Shown here in pieces: positions 9,202 through 18,206 of a DNA stretch of 64,000 nucleotides (position 1 is its first letter; each line of letters opens with the position of its first letter). The position numbers and the translations under genes were made by a program. Source of the stretch: an uncultured delta proteobacterium (GTDB lineage Bacteria; Desulfobacterota; BSN033; UBA1163); the NCBI GenBank assembly GCA_963739325.1, contig CAVTZZ010000040.1, positions 8,478 through 72,477 of the forward strand, given 5' to 3'. The notes beneath the pieces are model-generated. The model saw nothing but the letters and a program-made list of their open reading frames with translations, had not been told where the DNA came from and searched no databases.

Positions 9202-10143
9202 ATGAAAATCGATGTTCATTGTCACACTTACCCAGTTGAGTACGTGAAAGAGGTCGAGAAGTTAAGTGGGAAAGAACCTGAAAAAGTATTGTTTTATGCT
9301 GATATCCCTATCCCAATTTGGGATTCAGCAGAAAAGCGCTTAGCCAAGATGGACGAATTGGGCATAGACGTGGAAGTATTATCAACCACGCTACCGCCTC
9401 AGAGTTTCGGTGATCAGGCTGATCTTCACCTTGCACAAATGACGAATGATTTTAACGCAAACTTATGCAGCAAATACCCAAAGCGGTTTAAAGCATTCGC
9501 CAATGTCCCTTTGTTTAATCCATCGAATGCCATCAAGGAACTCAATCGGGCGATTACTGATTTGGGAATGATTGGTATTGCTACAGGAACATTCATCAGC
9601 CGAATACCTTTAACCTCCCCGGAGTATCTCCCTTTTCTGGCAGAGGTCAACAGGATGAAACTCCCCATTCATATTCATCCCTCTCTTCCCATTGGAATTG
9701 AAATCATGCACAAATATAAATTGGGTGGGTTACTGGGTTTCCTATTCGAAACAACCATGACAGCGACAAAGATGGTGTTCGATGGGGTTTTTGAAAAGTT
9801 CCCGGATATCGTACTCATCTTATCTCACTTTGGTGCCACCATTCCCTTCATTTTCCAGCGAGTGGACGATGGGTTCAAGGGTTTTCCCGAAATCAGGGAA
9901 AACATTTCGAAACTGCCGAGTGAGTATTTAAAACGATTTTACTATGACACTGCCAGCTCATTCACCCGTCCGTCATTCATGTGTACCTATGACTTCGCAG
10001 GCCCCGATAAGATTATATTTGGGACCGACGACCCCTATGCTCGGAATCGCTTAATAGAGATAAAAATTCGTCAATTAGGGGAACTTGGATTATCCGATGA
10101 GGTGTTGGAGAAGATTTATAGTGAGAACGCCAAAAAGGTTTGA
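9202..10143 (+). CDS. Amidohydrolase-2 family metal-dependent hydrolase/decarboxylase (ACMSD/LigW-like)
   Basis: 313 aa. It has the N-terminal MKIDVHCHTYP (HxH metal motif), internal HIHPS and a late FGTDDPY motif, typical of PF04909-type enzymes. A strong Shine-Dalgarno site (AAAGGAG) precedes it. Confidence 0.75.
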   Translation: MKIDVHCHTYPVEYVKEVEKLSGKEPEKVLFYADIPIPIWDSAEKRLAKMDELGIDVEVLSTTLPPQSFGDQADLHLAQMTNDFNANLCSKYPKRFKAFANVPLFNPSNAIKELNRAITDLGMIGIATGTFISRIPLTSPEYLPFLAEVNRMKLPIHIHPSLPIGIEIMHKYKLGGLLGFLFETTMTATKMVFDGVFEKFPDIVLILSHFGATIPFIFQRVDDGFKGFPEIRENISKLPSEYLKRFYYDTASSFTRPSFMCTYDFAGPDKIIFGTDDPYARNRLIEIKIRQLGELGLSDEVLEKIYSENAKKV

Positions 10144-10280
10144 AGCTTAAGGCATAGATATTTCTGTAAGGGATTTATGCAGGGCTATTGGTGAGCCGGA
10201 AATAATGTATTGACAATGGGATTACAATTCCACTAAATTGACAAAAAATGAGTTCGTTCAATAACTAATGGAGGAAGATT

Positions 10281-10916
10281 ATGGATGAGAGACAAGGAAA
10301 GCCAAAGGAGGAGAAGAAAAAGAAGATCGCTCCACTCAAAGTCTCACGTCGAACCTTCTTGAAAGGGATGGGAACGAGTGCCCTTGTCACAACCATGGCC
10401 GGGCCCTTTCCATTGGCCCACGAGGCCGAAGCCGCTCTGCCCCAGGGAGTGAAAGAGGCTTTCATCCAGCTCAACGTCAACGATAAGACCTATCGTCTGA
10501 AAGTCAAATCACACTGGACCTTGCTCGAAGTATTGAGAAGAGAACTTGGACTGACAGGAACCAAGATGGCCTGCAACCATGGGAACTGTGGTGCCTGCAC
10601 AGTCATTGTCGATGGCAAGGCGGTCTACGCCTGTTCTCTCCTTGCCATTGAAATGGAGGGTAAAAAGATTCTAACCATAGAAGGATTGGCCGATGGAGAA
10701 AAACTCCATCCTATCCAGGAGGCTTTTTCCAAGCACGGAGGATATCAATGCGGTTTCTGCACCTCCGGACAGATGATGACCTCCAAAGCCCTGCTCGACA
10801 AGAATCCGAAGCCGAGCCGGGAGGAAGTACGGCAGGGCCTTGCTGGAAATCTTTGTCGCTGCAGTGCTTATCAGAAAATTATTGAATCGGTTTTAAATGC
10901 ATCCGTTAAAGTTTAA
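10281..10916 (+). CDS. [2Fe-2S] small subunit with twin-arginine (Tat) signal, PaoA-like, molybdoenzyme 2
   Basis: SRRTFLKGMGTSALVTTMAGPFPLAHEAEA is a consensus Tat signal (S-R-R-x-F-L-K). It is followed by CNHGNCGACTV, CGFCTSG and CRCSAY 2Fe-2S motifs. Confidence 0.85.
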   Translation: MDERQGKPKEEKKKKIAPLKVSRRTFLKGMGTSALVTTMAGPFPLAHEAEAALPQGVKEAFIQLNVNDKTYRLKVKSHWTLLEVLRRELGLTGTKMACNHGNCGACTVIVDGKAVYACSLLAIEMEGKKILTIEGLADGEKLHPIQEAFSKHGGYQCGFCTSGQMMTSKALLDKNPKPSREEVRQGLAGNLCRCSAYQKIIESVLNASVKV

Positions 10917-10927
10917 GGAGGCACAAA

Positions 10928-13163
10928 ATGGCAAAAGAATTCAAGGTCGTTGGCAAAAAAGTGGAGAGGGTCGATGCCTTTGAAAGGCTTGTCGGACAGG
11001 CCAAGTACGCCGCCGATATCTATCTCCCTGGAATGCTCTACGTGAAAATTCTGAGGAGCCCCTATCCCCACGCCAAAATATTAAAGATCGATACCTCCAA
11101 TGCAAAGGCCCTTCCCGGGGTAAAGGCCATCCTTACCCCATCGGAGGTCCCGGATTTTGCTATTCATGAGAGGGCAACTCCTCCTACCGTTGTCATGCCG
11201 GTGCTTGCCAGTATCGCTCGATATGTGGGTGATGAGATCCTTGCGGTGGCGGCCGTGGATGAGGAGACAGCGGAGGAGGCCCTGGAACGGATCAAGATCG
11301 ACTACGAACCGCTCCCGTTCGTCCTTGATGCTGAAGAGGCGGCCAAACCGAATGCACCTAAAATTTATCCGGAGGGGAACGTCATCCAAGAGCGTGAAGA
11401 CATTCTTATCCGCGGAAATGTGGAGGAAGGGTTTAAACAGGCGGACGTGATTTTAGAAGAAAAATATAAGACCCATCTGATTCAACATACAACTTTGGAA
11501 CCCCGGGTTACTGTGGCCCACTGGACCGGGAAGAAAGCTTACCGTCTGGGACTCCCACAAAAATCCCTTCCGCCTACGCACGAACCTTGCCCAGGCCTTA
11601 AAAATCAGAGTCAACCAGATCAGGGTTTTAACCCCCTATATCGGTGGGGATTATGGTGATAAAGGGAACCTGGAAAGGCAGCACGTCATTGCTGCCCTTC
11701 TTGCAAAGAAGACAAATCGGCCTGTGAAACTGGAATTTACCCGGGAGGAGAACTACCTCGCCGCCCACCATCGTTATCCCACCACCTGGTATCTCAAGTA
11801 TGGGGCCAAAAAGGATGGGACATTGACCGCCATCCAAGTGAAACTCTATGCCGATGGGGGCGCCTATTACCACTTCGATGGTGCCCTTGGATCATTGGAG
11901 GTGCCCAAGGGCGTATATCGCTGTCCCAATGTAAAACTGGAAGGTTATAACGTCTTTACAAATAAACCAGAAGGTGGTCATATGCGCTGCGTGGGGCATC
12001 CGGCCGGGATGTTCCCGCAAGAGGTACATATGGATCGCCTCGCTGAAAAATTGGGGATGGATCCTGTAGAATTTCGCTTAAAAAACCATGCCAGAAAAGA
12101 GGATGGTGATCAGGACAGAAAATTTCCCTTTGCAAGCATTGGTTTGGAAGAGTGTGTAAAACAAGGAGCGGAAAAGATCGGCTGGAAGGCTAACTGGAAG
12201 AAACCCGGAGCAAGCCCTGGCCCGATTAAAAGAGGTTTGGGCGTCGCCTTCCAGTCATGCAGACACGGGGCGATCGTTCCCCCCATGTCCTCCATTATCA
12301 AGCTCGATCCAGACGGAACGGTCGAACTCTTGAACGGTCTCAACGATAGCGGCGGCGGGCAGAAGACGACTGTGGCGATGATTGCTGCAGAGGAACTAGG
12401 CGTACCCTATGAAGCCATCGAGGTCACGACCGGTGATACGGATGTGACCAGTGACTCCAGCGCTCCCTCGGGAAGTCGGGGCACTGCAAGCACTGGCCTC
12501 GCTGTGATTGCTGCTGCCAGGGATGCCAAGAATCAACTCCTGGAAGTTGCCGCCGATATTTTAAGGAAGAAAAAAGAAGAGCTTGAGATCAAGGATGGCC
12601 AGATTTTAATCAAGGGAGAAAATAAATCCGTCCCCTATAAAGATATCTTATCCCAGGCCCCCAGCCCCATCATCGGCCGAGGTACAGCCAAGCCTCCCCG
12701 TAATGTCGCCCAGCACACCTTCGGTGCTCATTTCGTTGAGGTGGCTGTGGATACACGTACTGGAAAGATTGAAATACTTCGACTGGTTGCCGCACACGAT
12801 GTTGGCCAGGTCATTAATCGCCTTGGGACCGAAAACCAGATTCAGGGCGGAGCAACGATGGGGATTGGCTATGGACTTACCGAGAGGCAATACATCGACA
12901 GCCAAACGGGCATCTGTGTTAACCCTAATATGGTTGATTTCAAGATTCCCTCCATTCTCGATATCCCAGTCATCGAGCCAATTATAGTAGAGTCCGATGA
13001 CCCTTATGGGCCTTTCGGTGCTAAAGGGGTGGGGGAACCGCCTTATGGAGTTCCTGCGCCGGCCATCGCCAATGCTATTTATAATGCTATTGGTGTGCGC
13101 TTCAATGAGATTCCTATTAACATTCGATCGATCCTGGAAGGGCTAAAGGGATTGAAGGCTTAA
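10928..13163 (+). CDS. Molybdopterin-binding large subunit of molybdoenzyme 2; split by a 1-nt frameshift near 11534-11537
   Basis: ORF 10928..11659 reads VGQAKYAADIYLPGMLYVKILRSPYPHAKILKIDTS ... HTTLEPRVTVAHWTGKK. After a shift, the frame of ORF 11724..13163 is open from about 11535 and reads LTVWDSHKNPFRLRTNLAQALKIRVNQIRVLTPYIGGDYGDKG..., ending with GAKGVGEPPYGVPAPAIANAIYNAIG. Confidence 0.85.
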
Positions 13164-13180
13164 GAAGAAAGGAGCAACGA

Positions 13181-14170
13181 ATGAAAGCTTTTGAATACTT
13201 CAAAGTCGCGAGTGTCGCACAGGCGATTTCTCTATTGACCAAACATCAGGAAAAGTCAGCTATCCTTGCCGGCGGCAGTGACCTTATAGGGATGATGAAG
13301 GATCGACTTGAAGGGTCCAAGCTTAAGATTCCACAATACTTGATCGACATTAAGGGGATCAAAGATCTAAACTATATCAAGGACCATAAGACCGGTTTAA
13401 AGATTGGCGCCACTACTACCCTGAGCGAGATTGCTTCTTCCGATCTTATTGCCAAAAGATATCCTCTTCTTATCCAGGCAGCCAACCAGGTGGCCGTCCC
13501 ACAGATCCGGAATGTTGGAACAATAGGGGGAAATCTCTGTCAGAGGCCGCGCTGCTGGTACTTCCGCGGTAAACTATTTAAAGACTGTCTTCGCAAAGGA
13601 GGAGGTAACTGTTACGCCTCTGACGGAGAGAATCAGTATCATGCCATTATCGGTAATAGCGTCTGTTGTATGGTCTATCCCTCGGATATGGCTCCGGCTT
13701 TAACTGCTCTTAATGCAAGAGTGGAGATTGCTGGTCCCAAAGGGAATAGAATGGTTCCTATCGAACAATTTTATATTCGGCCGGAGAAGAATATCTTAAG
13801 AGAAAATATCCTCACATCACAAGAAATGGTCGTGGCCGTTGAAATTTCCAATCCTGTTGCCAACAGCAAAGGGATTTATCTTAAGCTTAAGGAACGGCAG
13901 GCCTTTGACTTTGCTATTGCGAGCGTGGCTGTAAATGTTAGCTTTAAAAACAATGTCGTATCAGACTCCCGTGTGGTCTTTGGGGGTATGGCACCTTTCC
14001 CTTTTAGGGTGACCAAGGCTGAGGCTATTTTAAAAGGTAAAACCGTTAAGGAGGCAATGGATGCTGTTTGTAAAGCAGCTTTGGATGGTGCTCAGCCCTT
14101 GAGTCAAAATGGCTATAAGATTGATGCGGGAAAAGGAATTTTGGAAGAGGCGCTTGGACGCCTGACCTGA
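13181..14170 (+). CDS. FAD-binding medium subunit with Cys-rich insert (PaoB-like), molybdoenzyme 2
   Basis: 329 aa. It has ILAGGSDLIGMMKDRL and GTIGGNLCQRPRCWYFRGKLFKDCLRKGGGNCYASDGENQYHAIIGNSVCCMVYPSDMAPAL. The four-Cys layout resembles the [4Fe-4S] loop of E. coli PaoB as I recall it. Confidence 0.85.
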   Translation: MKAFEYFKVASVAQAISLLTKHQEKSAILAGGSDLIGMMKDRLEGSKLKIPQYLIDIKGIKDLNYIKDHKTGLKIGATTTLSEIASSDLIAKRYPLLIQAANQVAVPQIRNVGTIGGNLCQRPRCWYFRGKLFKDCLRKGGGNCYASDGENQYHAIIGNSVCCMVYPSDMAPALTALNARVEIAGPKGNRMVPIEQFYIRPEKNILRENILTSQEMVVAVEISNPVANSKGIYLKLKERQAFDFAIASVAVNVSFKNNVVSDSRVVFGGMAPFPFRVTKAEAILKGKTVKEAMDAVCKAALDGAQPLSQNGYKIDAGKGILEEALGRLT

Positions 14171-14183
14171 TGAAGAGTGTCTA

Positions 14184-15452
14184 TTACGTTTTTTGAGCCG
14201 CTTCGAGTCGTACAGATTCTCTAATAAAAATAACAACTAAGTTAGAGAGTAATATCATCGCTGCCAAAAAATAGAAGGTGTATATCAGCCCCCATTTATC
14301 AGCAATCCATCCCCCCAGCACAGGAGCCAACGCAGCAAGAGCTGACTGAAAGCTGAACTGCACGCTCACTGCAGTGCCTCCTAACTCCTTGGGAGCTACC
14401 TCCATCGTCCAGGCAAGTAAAACAGGACGTAATGAATAGAGGAAGAAACCTATCACCCCAAGGAAGACGATAAAAAGCCATTGAATATTGAGGAAGATAA
14501 GAAAGAAAATACCCAGACTCGTAGAAATCAGCGCCATCCGCACCACTCTTTTTCGCCCGTGCCGGTCAGACGCTTTCCCTGAGATAGGAGCCGCTACAAT
14601 GCCTGCAATCTGAATGATAGTCATATAAATACCACTCAACCATGGAGAGAGGTGCATGAGGTTCATGAAGTAACTGGGCAAAAAAGTAGAAAGTCCATTC
14701 TGGGTAAGTGACCGTATTCCATTAATGAGAGAGAGAAAAAAAATGTTTGGGTTAATCAGAAGGCTACCCAGGCCTCTCATATATTCTCCTATAGACAAAC
14801 GTTTTGTTTCTTCTTTTTTGTTTCCTTTTCTATCATCGTGAGACAAACCTGTTGATATCTCCGGTTGAATTCCAAGCATCTTCCAAATAAGTAGTCCAAG
14901 AACCAGACCTGGTACGAAACTCCCTATGAGGATGTGCCTCCAAGACATCCAGACAAGCAAAATACCGCTTAAGAATGGACCTAAGGCATCGCCAATATTT
15001 GCAGCTGAGGCATGCCAGCCTATTGCCCAACCCCTTTTCTTTGGATAGACGTCGTGCAGGGTTGTTATCGCTGCGGGGTGCCATAGATTGTTACCCGCTC
15101 CAATAATAGCCATACAAAGAAGCAGGATGAAATAGCTACTGGATATTCCCAAAAAAATATATGGAATACCCGTCCAGGCAAGAGCCATCGCCAATATGAA
15201 GGTATTGCGTTTCAATAGATCAACCACCATGCCACTTGGAAAATTAGCTCCTGTGCTGACAGCGTATCGGACAGTAATTAAAAGACCCATTTCTGTATAA
15301 CTTAGCCCTAACTCATCTTTAATAAGTGGTAATAAAAGATAAAAAGTAGAAGGGAACCAGTGGGTATAAGCATGTCCAATACTTGTTGCCCAAAGGGTGC
15401 TGTTCCCTTGTTTTAAGCCAAAAACATCTTTTATTTTTTTTATCATCGCCAT
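14184..15452 (-). CDS. MFS transporter
   Basis: 422 aa, polytopic, with about 12 hydrophobic segments by eye. It has an MFS-like loop between TM2 and TM3 (GMVVDLLKRN) and a central hydrophilic loop. Confidence 0.75.
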   Translation of the reverse strand: MAMIKKIKDVFGLKQGNSTLWATSIGHAYTHWFPSTFYLLLPLIKDELGLSYTEMGLLITVRYAVSTGANFPSGMVVDLLKRNTFILAMALAWTGIPYIFLGISSSYFILLLCMAIIGAGNNLWHPAAITTLHDVYPKKRGWAIGWHASAANIGDALGPFLSGILLVWMSWRHILIGSFVPGLVLGLLIWKMLGIQPEISTGLSHDDRKGNKKEETKRLSIGEYMRGLGSLLINPNIFFLSLINGIRSLTQNGLSTFLPSYFMNLMHLSPWLSGIYMTIIQIAGIVAAPISGKASDRHGRKRVVRMALISTSLGIFFLIFLNIQWLFIVFLGVIGFFLYSLRPVLLAWTMEVAPKELGGTAVSVQFSFQSALAALAPVLGGWIADKWGLIYTFYFLAAMILLSNLVVIFIRESVRLEAAQKT

Positions 15453-15547
15453 TTTCCTATTCCATCCTCATGTCTGGAAGCACAATAAATTTCATGCTAT
15501 TAACACATTTTATGGAATGAAAACAACTCTTGTTGACTCGACGGGGG

Positions 15548-16447
15548 CTATCTTATCACAGAGAGCAATATGACACCCCCAACGATCAGAATCGTAGAGA
15601 CAGCAATTTTAAAACTCAATCGCTCTACTTTACGAAGTAGTAAATAACTTAACAGTAGGGTCACGAGGGAATAACTTGTAGCGATAGGGGTAACAATAAC
15701 AACCTTTCCTATATTGAGTGCACTAAAAAGGGCAAGCCAACCAATACAGGTTGAAATTCCTCCCATAATAAAATAAATAAAACTCTGTTTTTTTACCTGA
15801 AATAATCTTTTAGTGCTTCCACTTGTAAATAGAAATATTGTGATCATACACCATGAAGTTCCTAAGGTGAGTGTGGCTCCAAGAATGGGGGAGCTTATGA
15901 TATTGAGCCCGAGTTTTCGCAAAAAGACAGAAACCCCATAAAAGATAGAAGCCGTAATAGGGTAAAAAAGATATCGGTAATGAATTGTTTTTGAAATCCC
16001 TTTCTTGTTTTTTTGCCCCGTTTCATAACTCAATAAAATAATACCTACGATGACACTCAAAATCCCTGTGCCAATGACCAGATTCATCGGTTCTTTTAAG
16101 AAAATCAGAGCCATCAAAACAGAAAAAAGAGACTCCGCATTGACAATGGGTGTTGAGATGGACATCCCCAGGGTTTCAAGACCTTTATAGGAAAGCGCTC
16201 GGGCACACCCTGGGGCAAGGATACCAGCTGCGATAAAAACGTAAATAAATTTCAGTTTTAAAAAATCGATAGGTACAAATATTAAAAAAAGAACCACAAA
16301 AATAGAGAAATTGATCGTTAAGGTAATAAAAGCGGCCACAATCGGAAAGGGGGTTTCAAGCAACCCCTTTCTAACGAAATAAATATCTAGCCCATAGGTA
16401 ATCGCTGTAATCAATGCAAAGACGATGTCCATAAAACTGATCCTCAC
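15548..16447 (-). CDS. EamA/DMT-family transporter
   Basis: 299 aa, about 10 hydrophobic segments arranged as two similar halves, which is typical of EamA-domain permeases. Confidence 0.75.
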   Translation of the reverse strand: MRISFMDIVFALITAITYGLDIYFVRKGLLETPFPIVAAFITLTINFSIFVVLFLIFVPIDFLKLKFIYVFIAAGILAPGCARALSYKGLETLGMSISTPIVNAESLFSVLMALIFLKEPMNLVIGTGILSVIVGIILLSYETGQKNKKGISKTIHYRYLFYPITASIFYGVSVFLRKLGLNIISSPILGATLTLGTSWCMITIFLFTSGSTKRLFQVKKQSFIYFIMGGISTCIGWLALFSALNIGKVVIVTPIATSYSLVTLLLSYLLLRKVERLSFKIAVSTILIVGGVILLSVIR

Positions 16448-16464
16448 CTTTTCAGTTATTAAAC

Positions 16465-16497
16465 GCTACGCCCTGCCTTTGTTTGGCAGGGCGTAGC
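16465..16497 (-). terminator. Perfect 13-bp hairpin downstream of tctC (candidate intrinsic terminator)
   Basis: gctacgccctgcc / tttgttt / ggcagggcgtagc. It lies 40 nt after the tctC stop (16537). On the minus strand it is followed by GTTTAATAAC, which is only moderately U-rich. Confidence 0.5.
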
Positions 16498-16536
16498 TTA
16501 CGAGGGTATATTGGATGGAAGAAAATTCACTCTATC

Positions 16537-17499
16537 TCATTCTTTGAACATATCCTTGAATTTTTCAACTTTTGGATACGTATCCGATACGACCTTACTA
16601 AACTCTTGGGCACCCAAGGGATGAAGGACCATCTTTCTTTTATTTGCCCATTCGATAAAAACAGGCTCTTTGACCGACTTGCTAAAGGCTTCCTCCAATG
16701 CCTTCACGATGGAGTTAGGGGTGTTCGGTGGGGCTTCAACGCAACGGGTGGCCGGAATGGATGTAATATCAAAACCCAGGTCCTTAGGGATGGGAACATC
16801 TGGGAAATAGGGATCGCGTTTATCACTAAACATGAGCAGAGGTCTTAACTTTCCGGCCTGAATGAGAGAAATAGCAGAGGTCGAAAGACAGATCGTAAAA
16901 TCAAGATGCTTTCCAGCCAGGGCAGCAGTACTTCCAGAGGCACCTTCATAAGGGACCCAGTTGACCTTAATTCCTAATTCATCTATTGCCACGAGTCCGG
17001 CAAGATGAGTAGTGCTGCCTCTTCCCGAAAGCCCTCCTGAGAGGGGTTTAGCCTTACCAGCCTTTAAAAATTCATCAAATGATTTCCAGGTCTCAGCATG
17101 AACGACTAAGAGTTGATTGGAACGAGCCCAGCCGTAGACTGGAGTGAAATCCTTGGTTCGATAGTTCACTTTACCCATATATTCAATAATGATGCTCTTA
17201 GGAAAGGTGGTAACAATTAGGTTATAGCCATCAGGCTCTGTCTTCTGAAATTTTTCAAAGGCAATCTTTCCTCCAGCCCCGCCTTGGTTTTCAATGAATA
17301 CATTGACCCCCAAGTATTTCTGGAGAAAGGGAGCGATCCCTCGTGCTTCGGTATCCTCACCCCCTCCGACATCAGCGGTAGCGATAAGTTTCACCGGTTT
17401 TTTAGGAAAATCGGCACTCTTTGCCAGCGGACAAACTAAAGACAGAGTGATTCCAACAAAAAACAAAAAGGCCAATAATTTAGATAGATTCTTAAACAT
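16537..17499 (-). CDS. tctC: Tripartite tricarboxylate transporter (TTT) substrate-binding protein, TctC/Bug family
   Basis: 320 aa with a signal peptide (MFKNLSKLLAFLFFVGITLSLVCPLA). KPVKLIATADVGGGEDTEARGIAPFLQKYLGVNVFIENQGGAGGKIA...PDGYNL fits the Bug-family pattern. Confidence 0.9.
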   Translation of the reverse strand: MFKNLSKLLAFLFFVGITLSLVCPLAKSADFPKKPVKLIATADVGGGEDTEARGIAPFLQKYLGVNVFIENQGGAGGKIAFEKFQKTEPDGYNLIVTTFPKSIIIEYMGKVNYRTKDFTPVYGWARSNQLLVVHAETWKSFDEFLKAGKAKPLSGGLSGRGSTTHLAGLVAIDELGIKVNWVPYEGASGSTAALAGKHLDFTICLSTSAISLIQAGKLRPLLMFSDKRDPYFPDVPIPKDLGFDITSIPATRCVEAPPNTPNSIVKALEEAFSKSVKEPVFIEWANKRKMVLHPLGAQEFSKVVSDTYPKVEKFKDMFKE

Positions 17500-17519
17500 T
17501 TTTTTCTCCTCCTTTCATT

Positions 17520-18203
17520 TCAATTTGTTTTATCTCGAGACCATTGATCAATCCATTCATCAGGAACAGATTCAACTTCTTCCAATACTGAGAAATCGGG
17601 ATTGGGATCATAGTGTTCAGGGTCGAAGGTTTCCAGATCCCGAATAAAATTTGATCGCCTTGAGGTATTTCGATTTATCCTCAGGGGTAATTGAATCCGA
17701 TCCCCCCATGGGCTCTCTGCAATTTTTTTAGGATAGAAAGGGATAGGTGTGAGATTGGACCGCTTCAAAATCTTTTCCATTAACATTTTAACCTGTTTTG
17801 CCTCAACAGGGTTTCTGAAAAAAATCAAGATATGGAAACCAACCGTAGGAAATTCCAACAAGATATGTTGACGCTTTAATCCCATTTCCATCAAGGTTTT
17901 CATTAACTGAAGTGTCTCTTTCCTCTTCTCTTCAATACCTAAAAGTAAATATTTCCGCTCCCGATTTCGAGGAAAAACATCAACATCAAAAAGCCCGAAA
18001 TAGACCCTCTTCAAATCGTCCATATTATAAATGGCATATGTCTTTCTCATATGGATATGATCTAAAAATCTTTCAAAAGACAGCCCTTCTCCTTCAATGG
18101 AAATATATTCCCCACCTTCGTTCTGCTCGGCAATAACATCGTTTCGTCCTTGGTAAAGACGAATAAAACTTTTGTACCAGTTTTGCCATTGTTCAGCTTT
18201 CAC
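17520..18203 (-). CDS. Stand-alone archaeo-eukaryotic primase (AEP/PrimPol)-like protein (hypothesis from motifs)
   Basis: 227 aa with a GTG start 3 nt after the AOR stop. YFGLFDVDVF fits motif I (DxD), TVGFHILIFF fits motif II (His), and WGDRIQLPLRINRNTSRRS fits motif III (D...R.P...N). The N-terminal FIRLYQGRNDVIAEQ block is seen in PrimPol-type proteins. Confidence 0.5.
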   Translation of the reverse strand: MKAEQWQNWYKSFIRLYQGRNDVIAEQNEGGEYISIEGEGLSFERFLDHIHMRKTYAIYNMDDLKRVYFGLFDVDVFPRNRERKYLLLGIEEKRKETLQLMKTLMEMGLKRQHILLEFPTVGFHILIFFRNPVEAKQVKMLMEKILKRSNLTPIPFYPKKIAESPWGDRIQLPLRINRNTSRRSNFIRDLETFDPEHYDPNPDFSVLEEVESVPDEWIDQWSRDKTN

Positions 18204-18206
18204 TTC

